Positions 51,547 through 61,406 of a DNA stretch of 64,000 nucleotides are shown piece after piece (position 1 is the first letter of the stretch; each line of letters begins with the position of its first letter). The stretch is from Microcoleus sp. (GTDB lineage Bacteria; Cyanobacteriota; Cyanobacteriia; Cyanobacteriales; Microcoleaceae). A program made the position numbers and the translations under genes. The stretch is from assembly GCA_042408215.1 (NCBI GenBank), contig JAYFMW010000003.1, forward strand, positions 320,001 through 384,000. Direction: 5' to 3'. The notes below the pieces were generated by a model that was given only the letters and a program-made list of their open reading frames with translations, ran no database searches and had not been told where the DNA came from.

Positions 51547-52017
51547 CAGTACCCAATTCATCAATTAATGCGATCGGCGTAGAATTAGTTACATAAATTG
51601 TCCGATCGCTAACTTGCTTCTTTACTTGTGTTTTTTTGGAATAATTTAACCGCAGAGAGCGCAGAGGACACAGAGGAAGAGAAGAGAGAGATGAATAATT
51701 CCGATACCATCAGTACCCAATTCATCAATTAATGTTCTCAGCGTAGAATTAGTTACAGAATCGCTAATACCAATTTAATGGGTCGTTGCATATATCTCGC
51801 TCCCCCTAAATCCCCCTTAATCAGGGAGTAGGGTGTGAGTAGGGGTTGACTTTGAGCAGAATCTTGTTCCCCCCTTATTAAGGGGGGTTAGGGGGGATCA
51901 GATTCTATGCAGCCTCATAAAAAACTGGTATAACTTGCATCTTTACTTGTGTTTTTTTGGAGTAATTTAACCGCAGAGAGCGCAGAGGGCACAGAGGAAG
52001 AGAAGAGAGGGATCAAT
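51547..52017. repeat. ~165-bp tandem duplication whose second copy carries MITE A
   Basis: CAGTACCCAATTCATCAATTAATG at 51547 and 51711; both copies continue to ...AACCGCAGAGAGCGCAGAGG.CACAGAGGAAGAG. Confidence 0.85.
51768..51930. mobile_element. MITE family A, copy 2 (163 bp, TAA target duplication)
   Basis: TAA|TACCAATTT...AAACTGGTA|TAA; the empty site CGCTAACTTGC is present in the adjacent duplicate. Confidence 0.92.
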
Positions 52018-52101
52018 AAAAAAAGTAGAGGTGCGATATCGCATCTCTACAAAAAATCAAAGTAAGGTGCGACCGGGCGCACCCTACAAATTACCTACAA
52101 A

Positions 52102-53586
52102 TTAGTAGTTCTGTGAAACCGGAGAATTTGAGGCTCCTGAAAAAGTCGGTGACACACTATTACTCGGTCCCGTACCATTCTTAGGCCGCTTCTTGATCAA
52201 GATCGGCTTGACACCGTTTTCGGCGATCGGCGCATCTTCCTGTTGAGCATAATCAGCGCCCATCCAAGCCGGACGGCTTTGATCGAAAGCCATTTGCAAT
52301 GCCGCAGCCGCGATCGCGTGGGAGTCGTACTCCTCGGATAGCTGAGACACCAGAGGTAAGAAAGATGCCATCCGTTCGCCAGCCAAAGCTTCGCGAACTT
52401 TACCCTGCATCTTTTCCAACTGACGCGCTTCGATTTGTGCCCGTGTCGGAATGTTTCGCACTGTTAAGCTCGATCGAACGTGGCGTTCAATTAAGCGCAG
52501 TTTCCGGCGATCGACTGGTTGAATCAGCGTAATCGCTGTCCCTTCCCGGCCAGCCCGGCCCGTGCGTCCGATCCGGTGAACGTAGCTTTCTACGCTGTCT
52601 GGTAAATCGTAGTTAATCACGTGACTCAAGTGATCCACGTCCAAACCACGGGCAGCGATATCAGTCGCTACTACCCAGCGCACCTGACATTGGCGGAACC
52701 GGTGCAGCAAACGTTCCCGCTGTGCTTGGTTCAAATTACCGTGATACTCATCAACGCTGTGGCCTGCTGCTTGCAGTTGGCTGGTGAGTTCTGCCGCCGA
52801 CTGCCGAGTCCGCACAAAAATCAGCGCCGATTCCGGGTCTTCCATTTCTAGAATTGGCTGTAAAGCTCTTGCTTTCGACCAGCCCCGCGGAATCATGTAC
52901 ACGCCTTGGCTGATCCGCTTCGGCGTTGCTTTCGGCTGTTCTACGGTGACGTTGACTGGGTTACGCAAATGTCTCGCCACCAATTTGCGAATCGTAGCTT
53001 CCATCGTCGCCGAGAAAAACGCTGTTTGCCGCTCTTGTGGTGCTGCATCCAGAATTTTTTCGACATCTTGGATAAAGCCCATGCTGAGCATTTCGTCAGC
53101 TTCATCCAAAACCAGCCACTTCAGCTTGTCTAGTTTCAGGCTGCCCCGACTTAACATATCTAATATGCGTCCGGGTGTACCGACAACGATGTGAACGCCG
53201 CGCTTCAAACGCTGCATTTGGCGATCGATCGACTGACCACCGTACACTGTCAGAACTTGCAGAGAGCGGCCGATTTTCACCGGGCCATCGCTACTGATAC
53301 CGCTCAAATCACGGATGGCTTCAGTCACTTGCATCGCCAATTCGCGAGTTGGTGTCAGCACCAGTGCTTGCACCGCAGTTAAGTCAATATCTATCCGCTC
53401 CAAGATGGGCAATGAGAATGCTGCTGTTTTGCCTGTTCCTGTTTGGGCTTGACCCACAACGTCGCGGCCTGCTAGCAAGTGAGGAATTGCTTGTACTTGA
53501 ATGGGAGTAGGTTCTGTAAAGCCTAGTGTTTCCAGATGGAGAACGAGTTCTTCCGAAAGACCTAAGCCTTCAAACAATAAATTCAT
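52102..53586 (-). CDS. crhR: DEAD-box RNA helicase
   Basis: PTPIQ, AQTGTGKT, PTRELA, TPGR, DEAD, SAT, ARGLD, HRIGRTGR; lies downstream of rimO as in other cyanobacteria. Confidence 0.92.
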   Translation of the reverse strand: MNLLFEGLGLSEELVLHLETLGFTEPTPIQVQAIPHLLAGRDVVGQAQTGTGKTAAFSLPILERIDIDLTAVQALVLTPTRELAMQVTEAIRDLSGISSDGPVKIGRSLQVLTVYGGQSIDRQMQRLKRGVHIVVGTPGRILDMLSRGSLKLDKLKWLVLDEADEMLSMGFIQDVEKILDAAPQERQTAFFSATMEATIRKLVARHLRNPVNVTVEQPKATPKRISQGVYMIPRGWSKARALQPILEMEDPESALIFVRTRQSAAELTSQLQAAGHSVDEYHGNLNQAQRERLLHRFRQCQVRWVVATDIAARGLDVDHLSHVINYDLPDSVESYVHRIGRTGRAGREGTAITLIQPVDRRKLRLIERHVRSSLTVRNIPTRAQIEARQLEKMQGKVREALAGERMASFLPLVSQLSEEYDSHAIAAAALQMAFDQSRPAWMGADYAQQEDAPIAENGVKPILIKKRPKNGTGPSNSVSPTFSGASNSPVSQNY

Positions 53587-54135
53587 TAATGCTCCTAGTA
53601 ACGAGTTTTAGCCTTCTAAGTTGCCCAACTCGGATGCGGATTTCTGCTTTAGGGCAGGAACTCATAAGAGTTCTGTATGGTGCTGCGCCGGGACGCCCAC
53701 TTTCTTAAATAGCAATCGAGTATAGGGCATATCTGTCGAGGGTGACTAATTTACCCACTCGACAGCAGTCTTTGATTTTGTGATCTAGCCTACATTCACC
53801 GCAAGCGGTTTCTGTCGAGGCTTCCAACAATCCTGAACAGGATTTATTGGACTTCCTTTGAGGTATTCGCCAGTTGTCCCTCTCGGGCTTTTTATAGTGA
53901 GGATCATCCGCAGCCCCACTTTACTACCAGCGTAGTAACAGCTTTGTTGGTTTAATGGCGATCGGGCAATGCTTTGCCTGCAATGTTGAGCTGGGAATGG
54001 GCCGATGGTCAGCGCCTATCCATCTCAACACTTCTTCGGGATACCGTTGTGGTGTGGGTCGGACGGCTCGCACTTCGACTACGATCGGTGACCCGTGGTG
54101 GAAGCTGGTTTCTGGCTTTATATTAGCATAACTCT
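53587..54135 (-). promoter_or_regulatory. Long, probably structured 5' leader of crhR
   Basis: About 550 nt with no convincing ORF, several stems, a candidate -10 near 54120-54132 and an AGGAG RBS. Confidence 0.45.
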
Positions 54136-54155
54136 TTACATTCAGAAACAAAACA

Positions 54156-54507
54156 GTGAACTACCTGACGCTGACATAAAGGTACAGCACGGGCTTCCCA
54201 ATTCATTGGCAACAGCCACCAGAACTCCGTAATTCTATTGGTCTTACATTGCCTCCAAGGGCAGGAGTCCTGGTTCCCAAGACCCATACTTTTTCTGGCA
54301 ACACGTACCTATGAGCTTGGTTTTCGCTTACGGCATTGGTGGTCAAGATGTACCAATTTTATCATAAGAATTGCTCGTTTCCTCATCCACCCCGTCGCTG
54401 TTTCCCGCTGCGCTTGGAATTCGACTCGCGGGAGTGGAATCGTCAACTCACTGGCATTCATCCCGACGCGAGGCTACGCTCCTAGCGCGGGGCTGATGCT
54501 GCTTTAG
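54156..54507 (-). mobile_element. Non-autonomous IS200/IS605-family element with a tnpB 3' remnant and probable omega-RNA end
   Basis: On the minus strand it starts right after TTAG, has a left subterminal hairpin, a remnant frame WVLGTRTPALGGNVRP...*, and ends GAAGCCCG...CAGCGTCAGGTAGTTCAC. No target duplication. Confidence 0.75.
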
Positions 54508-55842
54508 CTAACGAGACAGTTCCAGCGATACTTTTACTTGACCGTGAAGGTCGTAGAAATCTGCGTCAGTAATTTTCACAGATACGATCGAACCCAACCT
54601 CGCCTCTCCTTCCACATAGACCAATCCATCTACTTCTGGGGAGAACCGGGCGGATCTACCAATCAACTCACCTGTCTCTGGGCGTTCTTGTTCTATCAGG
54701 ACATCAACTACCTGACCGACAGACTCTTGATTCTTTTTCAATGATATAGGTTGTTGTGCCGCCATTACTGCATTTCGCCGCATTTCCATTATTTCTGCTG
54801 GTAATTGCTGAGGCAAACTGTAGGCTGGGGTGCCTTCTTCGGCGGAAAATGTGAATACTCCGACGTGATCGAATTCGTGGCGCTTGACAAATTCCAGCAA
54901 GTGTGCTGCGTGTTCGTCTGTTTCGCCGGGGAAGCCGACAATAAAAGTTGTCCGCATCACGGCACCAGGAATTGATGCTTTCAGTCGATCGACTATAGCA
55001 TCATTAATCCCAGCTTGACTAGGCCGATTCATCGCCCGCAGAATTTCGGGATGGGAATGTTGCAGGGGTAAATCCAAGTATGGCAAAACGTTGGGCGTTT
55101 CTCGGATGGCTGCGACAACTTGCGGAGTCAAACCCGTGGGATAGGCGTAGTGCATCCGAATCCAAGGTACATCTACTTTACCCAAAGCCCGAAGCAGTTC
55201 TGCCAGTTTTGGTTCGCCGTAGATATCTTTGCCGTAGTTGGTGGTAATTTGAGAAATTAGGATAATTTCTTTTACCCCTTCCGAGGCCAATTGCTTAGCT
55301 TCGGCGACAATAGATTCGATCGTCCGCGATCGCTGATTTCCGCGCAAGTGCGGGATAATGCAAAATGCACAGCGGTAATCGCAGCCTTCTGCTATTCGCA
55401 GATAAGCGACACCTTCCGATGTCGTGCGGTAGCGGGGAGTAGTTTCATCAGCGATGTAAGTTGGTTCTTTCGAGACGAGAGAAACTCGATCGCCCTTTTC
55501 AACTCTTTGAATGACATCGACTATTTTATGATAATCGCCAGTGCCGACAATTGCGACTGCTTCCGGCAATTCGTCCAGCAATTCCTGTTGAAAATGCTGT
55601 GCCATGCAGCCGGTGATGACTACTTTTTTATTAGCTTCGGCTAATTCTACCAGGGTGCGGACTGATTCTTCTCGCGCAGCTTGGATAAAACTGCAAGTAT
55701 TGACGACGACGTAATCGGCTAATTCTTCATTAGAATCGACTTGATAGCCTGCTTGAGCCAGCAAGCCAATCATGTGTTCGGTGTCTATGCGATTTTTTTC
55801 GCAGCCGAGGTGGGTAAATGCGATCGTTGGCTTCGTTGCCAT
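54508..55842 (-). CDS. rimO: Ribosomal protein S12 methylthiotransferase
   Basis: [35 protein letters not shown]-terminal TRAM domain (SPEVDG). Confidence 0.96.
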   Translation of the reverse strand: MATKPTIAFTHLGCEKNRIDTEHMIGLLAQAGYQVDSNEELADYVVVNTCSFIQAAREESVRTLVELAEANKKVVITGCMAQHFQQELLDELPEAVAIVGTGDYHKIVDVIQRVEKGDRVSLVSKEPTYIADETTPRYRTTSEGVAYLRIAEGCDYRCAFCIIPHLRGNQRSRTIESIVAEAKQLASEGVKEIILISQITTNYGKDIYGEPKLAELLRALGKVDVPWIRMHYAYPTGLTPQVVAAIRETPNVLPYLDLPLQHSHPEILRAMNRPSQAGINDAIVDRLKASIPGAVMRTTFIVGFPGETDEHAAHLLEFVKRHEFDHVGVFTFSAEEGTPAYSLPQQLPAEIMEMRRNAVMAAQQPISLKKNQESVGQVVDVLIEQERPETGELIGRSARFSPEVDGLVYVEGEARLGSIVSVKITDADFYDLHGQVKVSLELSR

Positions 55843-56209
55843 GCAGTAATTAGTTGCTGTTGCGATATTTCTAAGAACGTTTTATGATATCACACAATTT
55901 GAGAAGTTGCAATGTGTAGGTGGATGCGATCGGGGAATTACGCACCAAAACCCAAGAAACCGGGTTTTTAGGAGAATACTTGGTTACGATCGCACAAACG
56001 CGAAAAAACCAGGTTTCTGACCACCCGTGCGTAGATGATTCGGCGGTTGAAACCGCTACTATACAAACAAAGTCCGCCTCCGCGGACTAAGAAATAAAGG
56101 CTTTTTGGTTTATTGCTGTCAAATTTAAGTTTTTTTAGTTGATGAAATAGTAGCCAACCCATCGTAATATCATCGAATCCTCGATCGCCCTTTGCATAAT
56201 TTGTACTCG

Positions 56210-56833
56210 CTAGTTTGGCAAGCCAGCAAGAAAAATCTTTTCTGCCGTTAATTTCAATTCTGGAAAAGCCAGCGACTCAACTATGTCATTTTCCCGAAAC
56301 TGACTGATTTGATATTCCCCGTCAACCAACTGGTAAACCGAGATAGTAGGTTGTTTCGGATTGCCAATGAAGCGTCTGCCGCCCAAAGCAGCATAATCCA
56401 CAACCCAATATTCCGAGATACCCAATCTTTCATAATCAGCTACTTTTACCAGGTAATCATCTTGCCAGTTCGTGCTGACTACTTCTACAGCCAGTCGCAC
56501 CGAAGACCCCATCGTGATGACGGATTCTTTTTTATAGCGCGATTCGTTTGCAAGTGCGGTTCTGTCTAGGATTATTACGTCTGGTTGATAACCTGCTTCG
56601 TCACGGGAAAGTTTGAGTAAGCAGTGACCAGGGATTGAGTAGGATAATTGCAGTCGTCTGATTTCAAAATTGATTTCACTGGAAAGAAAACCTATAACGT
56701 CGGCATGGTCGCCAGTTCCTAAAGACATTTCAACAATTACTCCATTGTGTAGTTCGTACTTGTGGACAGAGTTCTCTGGATACCAAGCAACGAACTCATC
56801 AAACGTGATTGTTTTGGATATGGTTTGGATCAT
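56210..56833 (-). CDS. Uma2-family endonuclease-fold protein
   Basis: YELHNGVIVEM, QPDV, VEVVSTNW, GISEYWVVD. Confidence 0.92.
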   Translation of the reverse strand: MIQTISKTITFDEFVAWYPENSVHKYELHNGVIVEMSLGTGDHADVIGFLSSEINFEIRRLQLSYSIPGHCLLKLSRDEAGYQPDVIILDRTALANESRYKKESVITMGSSVRLAVEVVSTNWQDDYLVKVADYERLGISEYWVVDYAALGGRRFIGNPKQPTISVYQLVDGEYQISQFRENDIVESLAFPELKLTAEKIFLAGLPN

Positions 56834-56984
56834 GTTGTGGTTTCCTCTGTCTCGTGATTAGTATGCGGAAAGCTCAAATATTACACAAGGGTTTACGACA
56901 ACGTTGTTCGTAATCCTTGACATAGGAAGTGAAGTTTGGTATAGTCTCGCGTCCATAATATCAAAATACCGATCGCGCCGATCG

Positions 56985-57162
56985 ACTAAATCTGAAAGTT
57001 GATCCGTAGGGTGCGTCGCTGCGAGATCTTTGATATAACTGGCAGATTATAGATGGCGACGCACCCTACTTGCTAAATTTGAAAGTTGATCCGTAGGGTG
57101 CGTCGCTGCGAAATCTTTGATATAACTGGCAGATTATAGATGGCGACGCACCCTACTTGCTA
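56985..57162. repeat. Two tandem 87-bp REP-like hairpins
   Basis: GTAGGGTGCGTCGC...GCGACGCACCCTAC occurs twice. Confidence 0.9.
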
Positions 57163-57208
57163 CCCAAAATAATATTGTAGGGAAACGGCACTGCCGTGTC
57201 CTAATTTA

Positions 57209-58246
57209 TTAGTTATTTGGGATTTCACATAAGGCATTTTGCAACATACTCTCAAAAAAAGTATCCAGAGAAGTCCCTGATGCTTTGGCCATAGTAGAAA
57301 GCACACTTTTCTGAGCAAAAGAACAGTACAGCCCCGCTTCCAAGAACCAAGGTTGTCCCTGGGGATCGATGCGAAAATCAAATAGACTATAATCGCGACA
57401 GCCCAAAGCGATGTGGCATTTTCTGGCCATCGCCCAAACTCTCTCAGTTACCGGATCGCTGATGTCAACTATCCACGATTTGGTACTATCTTTAGCGGCA
57501 TAACCCAAGCTTCCATCATCATTTTGTTTGAGCTTATCAGCATAACTCCGAATCGGTTTGGTATCAGCATCTAGAGCATACTCTTCTAGCGGTAAACAGA
57601 CTAACTCGCCTGCTTTGACGATAATTCCACAGCGAACTTCTCTACCCAATTCAATGAATTTTTCTACTAGCACTTCATCTGAATGAGTCAATGCTATCTG
57701 CAAAGCTGCATCATAGTCAGCAGCATTTTTCACGAAAGCCACTCCAATGGAATTATCACTATTCACTGGCTTAAGTACGGCTGGGAAATCAATCGAAGGT
57801 CGATCGCCCCCACGGACAACTTCTCCTAATGGTACACTTACCCCAGCGGCTGCTACCACTGCTTTAGCCTTCGCTTTATCAGCCACCAGCGCCATCAACT
57901 CTGCGGGATTACCCACATAAGGAATACTCAGCAAATCGAACAAACTGCGGTATTGAGTCATGCCGGGGATGCAAAACATCTGGGGGACCATTACGTCAAT
58001 TTGGAGGTCGGTCAGCACCTGCACAGCGCCCGCTAAAGACATGGGATTAGCGGCCGCGATCGCACTCGGCTCCAGAGATGTCGGAAAACGCCATTGGCGA
58101 TCGGGAGAAATATAGGCAATATGAAATTCATACAGTGCTGAATTAGCCGTATTCTCCAAACAATCTTGGGCATAAAGCCGCGACAAATTACAGTAAAAAT
58201 CACTGACAGCCGATCCAACTAAATGCAAAACCCGTAATACTGACAT
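57209..58246 (-). CDS. mysD: D-Ala-D-Ala ligase-like mycosporine amino-acid ligase
   Basis: LHLVGS..DFYCNLSRLYA, PQMFCIPGMT, FIELGREVRCG, YSLFDFRIDP, EAGLYCSF; last gene of the cluster. Confidence 0.92.
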   Translation of the reverse strand: MSVLRVLHLVGSAVSDFYCNLSRLYAQDCLENTANSALYEFHIAYISPDRQWRFPTSLEPSAIAAANPMSLAGAVQVLTDLQIDVMVPQMFCIPGMTQYRSLFDLLSIPYVGNPAELMALVADKAKAKAVVAAAGVSVPLGEVVRGGDRPSIDFPAVLKPVNSDNSIGVAFVKNAADYDAALQIALTHSDEVLVEKFIELGREVRCGIIVKAGELVCLPLEEYALDADTKPIRSYADKLKQNDDGSLGYAAKDSTKSWIVDISDPVTERVWAMARKCHIALGCRDYSLFDFRIDPQGQPWFLEAGLYCSFAQKSVLSTMAKASGTSLDTFFESMLQNALCEIPNN

Positions 58247-58248
58247 AC

Positions 58249-59640
58249 TCAATCTCCCCCTATTTCCACAAGTTTGCCAATATTAAAATCAATCCGAATC
58301 CACTCTTTCGGCTTCTGCAAATTTCCCCATAACAACAATGGAATTTGCCAATGATGCACCATCAAAAATGGTAATGGATCGTCCCAATCGAAGATAGCAT
58401 CTTTGCCTTTGGTGATAATTTGTAACCGCTCAAAAACTAGCTTTGGCGATCGCAAATGAGTCACCAAGCGCCAAATTTCATGGTAAATCCAGTAAGTCGG
58501 GCGACTAGATGCCAAGGGCTGCACAGTCTCAGGTAGAGCATCGTGTTCTAAATAAGCCTTCGCTACATCGGGATGGTTGTAAAACATCGTGATGGCTGAA
58601 TGGGTGCGGGGATTACATTCGATCGCATAAATCTCTCCATCATCCGCCGCCTGAATGAAATCAAAGGAAACTTGTCCAGTCAAATTGAGACTTTTGGCAA
58701 ACTGACGAATCCAATTTTCGATATCCGGGCGATCGACATTTTCATAGTTTACCTGAAATGCCGATGATTCACAACAACAGTGCAACTGAACATGACCATC
58801 ACGGATGGTACTGTGAGTGCAGAACTCTTGCCCCGGAATATACTCTTGCATAATCCAAGGTTTACCCTCAGAAATTGGTAAAGACTTGACAAAAGCGGCA
58901 GTTTCGGCTGGGGTTTCGCAGGGTAATTTAGTTAAGTCTAATCTGCGGATAGAATCGTAGGGAATACTTTTGATAATGTATTGGCGCTGTGCATCACTAA
59001 AATCAAAATCGATTACTTGCTGGGGATTGGTAATCCGGTAGGACTTCGGGACTCGCAGCCCCAATGCGATCGCAGTGGCAGCAAATGTATACTTATCATC
59101 CAATCGTTGCAGCATTTCCACATCGACGTGCATTACCGTACAGTGGGGAGAAAGCACGCTTTGGACTTCGGCATCGTAGTAACTGGCGACGGGACTACAC
59201 ACGGGAACATAAACATTCACTCCCTCTTTTTGGACAATTTTTAAGAGAGCTTGGGGGTATTCCTCTGTCTGGGGATTTGGTACTGTGTAAAAGCGATCGA
59301 TCGCCCAAGAGTAACGATGACCTGTCAGCCAGTATTTCTCGGTTTCAACCAAAATTACCCGATGACCGGCCCTATGGAACGATCGGGCTAGCTGTAATGC
59401 CTTAGTCATCTTGCCGCCACCGATCAAAATCGTTTGCGGAGTGGTTGTAGTCGATCGCGACTGGAACGGTTTAGTAAGTATAGCTCTGAGTAAGGCTATT
59501 ATCGTCAAAGCGAGATTCAGGGGCATTACTAAAAGCAGCAAAGTCAGAGTTGCTATTGTTTTAAGTGCTGTTTGGAAGCGCCGATTCCCCGCATTTGTCT
59601 CCTGTTCAGATGGCATCGCTGCAACTGAAATTGTTTTCAT
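58249..59640 (-). CDS. mysC: ATP-grasp mycosporine-glycine ligase
   Basis: GGKMTKALQLARSF, IIKSIPYDSIRRLDLTKLP, AIECNPRTHSAI, IDFNIGKLVE. Confidence 0.94.
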   Translation of the reverse strand: MKTISVAAMPSEQETNAGNRRFQTALKTIATLTLLLLVMPLNLALTIIALLRAILTKPFQSRSTTTTPQTILIGGGKMTKALQLARSFHRAGHRVILVETEKYWLTGHRYSWAIDRFYTVPNPQTEEYPQALLKIVQKEGVNVYVPVCSPVASYYDAEVQSVLSPHCTVMHVDVEMLQRLDDKYTFAATAIALGLRVPKSYRITNPQQVIDFDFSDAQRQYIIKSIPYDSIRRLDLTKLPCETPAETAAFVKSLPISEGKPWIMQEYIPGQEFCTHSTIRDGHVQLHCCCESSAFQVNYENVDRPDIENWIRQFAKSLNLTGQVSFDFIQAADDGEIYAIECNPRTHSAITMFYNHPDVAKAYLEHDALPETVQPLASSRPTYWIYHEIWRLVTHLRSPKLVFERLQIITKGKDAIFDWDDPLPFLMVHHWQIPLLLWGNLQKPKEWIRIDFNIGKLVEIGGD

Positions 59641-59753
59641 AATAATTTTCTGGTATGACATACTAACGGGAGCGTCCCGATTTTGCAAATATACTCGTAG
59701 GGGCGAAGCCTTCCGGCAGTAAATCTCTGGTTATGACGAATTAATTCTCTATG

Positions 59754-60089
59754 TTAATCGACATCTAAATGCAGTTTTAGAGCAATATTTACAAACTGCA
59801 TAATTTCCTCATTTAAACTCCCGACTGCATCGCTGGTAATTCGCTGTTAAATTGTCCGTATTTGCTGTACTTGCACTTTAGAAGATTTGGATAAACCGCT
59901 ATCCTCTGGATTTAGCAATACCTCGAAAGGGTAGACACGGGTTATATTCGAGGTAATTGGTAGAATTGTAACTGTATTGGCGGCACGGTTATTAGCATCA
60001 TTGCTTACCACCAATACGGGACGGCTTTTGTCTATCTCAGAACCGACTGTAGGACTGAGATTCGCATAGTAAATTTCACCACGTTTCAT
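59754..60089 (-). pseudogene. mazF: PemK/MazF toxin with an in-frame stop
   Basis: MKRGEIYYANL..GSE..KSRPVLVVSND..PITS; TAA at 59847-59849, after which the same frame continues QRITSDAVGSLNEEIMQFVNIALKLHL. Confidence 0.88.
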
Positions 60090-60300
60090 CTGTTAATCCA
60101 TCGGCAACTGTTAAATCCCAAACGGAGTCTACTTCGCTAGATGCTTGTCGGTAAGCAGATTCTAGTTCTTGATTCCGCAACAATTCCAAAGCTAATTCAA
60201 TTACTTTGGATGGCGATTTGCATCCTTTAGCAATTTTGTAGCTTTCAATGAACTGTAGTAGTGATTGTGATAGGGAAATTGATATTTCTTTAGCTTGCAT
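60076..60300 (-). CDS. RHH/CopG-type antitoxin
   Basis: ISISLS..LLQFIE..S.VIELALELLR..LESAY..WDLTVADGL; overlaps the mazF start. Confidence 0.85.
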   Translation of the reverse strand: MQAKEISISLSQSLLQFIESYKIAKGCKSPSKVIELALELLRNQELESAYRQASSEVDSVWDLTVADGLTDETW

Positions 60301-60371
60301 TATCTTAGCAATTGGTAATTACAAAGATTTCTACTTAACTATAGCACAAGTAGTAAATCAGGAGACGGCAG

Positions 60372-60577
60372 TGCCCATTAGTGTCAACTTAAGCCCGAAA
60401 GCCATGATAAATCTGGTTTTTACCATAGTCCAGATCCCCCTAAATCCCCCTTAATAAGGGGGACGAGAGAAAAGACTCCTGTCCCCCCCTTCTTAAGGGG
60501 GGTTAGGGGGGATCTGGATTTAATAGTCAAACAGCAATCTCTGACTGGATTTGAGCTTAAGTTGACAGCTATGGGCA
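60372..60577. mobile_element. ~206-bp MITE-like element (family C)
   Basis: Terminal inverted repeats TGCCCAT..TGTCAACTTAAGC / GCTTAAGTTGACA..ATGGGCA; internal CCCCCTAAATCCCCCTTAA...TTAAGGGGGGTTAGGGGG palindrome. Confidence 0.75.
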
Positions 60578-60600
60578 TTCCCGTGTCCTTATTAACATTG

Positions 60601-61404
60601 CTAAACGCGCCGAATCAAGGTAATCCCATCTCTGAGCGGCACTAACACTTGCTCTACGCGGGGATCGTCAACTAGAGCCTGATTGAATTTAGCGATCGCA
60701 ACTCCGTTAGCAGTAGCAGTACCGGACAAATAGGGCTGTCCCTGCATCAGAGTATTGTCGGCACAAATCAAGCCATTGGGAGCCAACAGCCCAGTGGTGA
60801 GCAGTAAATCGAGATAATCTGTGTATCCAGCTTTATCAGCATCGATAAACACCAAATCGAACACTTCTCCAGCAGCAGCCAATTGTTTCATGGTTTCTAG
60901 GGCTGGTGCGACTCGCACTGAGATTTTGTGACCAACCGTCGATTCCTGAAAACACTTTTGGGCAAATTGTGCGACGTAAGTATCTACTTCGCAGGCTACT
61001 ACTTCTCCATCAACAGGAAGGGCTTCAGCCATCGCTAGTGCTGAGTAGCCAGTGAACATCCCGATTTCCAGCACGCGCTGTGCTTTGGTGAGATGGACGA
61101 GAAATTTCAGCATTTGCCCCTCCACATGGCCGGAGAGCATCTCTTGTTCCAAGTGGCGCACTGTCTCGCCGTCGGAGAATCGCTGACTCCAATCTTCTGA
61201 TTGGGTGCGTTTTACTAAGGTGGCTAAATCCGCAGATTCCGCTGTGGTGCAAAGGTTCAGGTAGGGATCGAGACCATTTGCTAATTCGTAGGCTTGTTGC
61301 AATTCTGCCTTGAAAGCTCGATCGATCCCATCTTGAGACTCTACCTGCTGGACAAGACTTTCCAGTAAAGAGGCTAAAATCCCGACTGGGGTAACAGGTC
61401 TCAT
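60601..61404 (-). CDS. mysB: O-methyltransferase for 4-deoxygadusol synthesis
   Basis: RPVTPVGIL, LEQEMLSGHVEGQ, VLEIGMFTGYSAL, FIDADK, PLRDG. Confidence 0.94.
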   Translation of the reverse strand: MRPVTPVGILASLLESLVQQVESQDGIDRAFKAELQQAYELANGLDPYLNLCTTAESADLATLVKRTQSEDWSQRFSDGETVRHLEQEMLSGHVEGQMLKFLVHLTKAQRVLEIGMFTGYSALAMAEALPVDGEVVACEVDTYVAQFAQKCFQESTVGHKISVRVAPALETMKQLAAAGEVFDLVFIDADKAGYTDYLDLLLTTGLLAPNGLICADNTLMQGQPYLSGTATANGVAIAKFNQALVDDPRVEQVLVPLRDGITLIRRV

Positions 61405-61406
61405 CT

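Noticed and set aside
51359..51556. 65-aa TTG-start ORF
   Set aside because: The start is weak and lies inside a duplicated block. It may be a gene remnant, but no family was recognisable.
53924..54507. ORFs 53924-54151 and 54238-54507
   Set aside because: They have non-ATG starts and no recognisable motifs; the region is better explained as a leader plus an IS605-type remnant.
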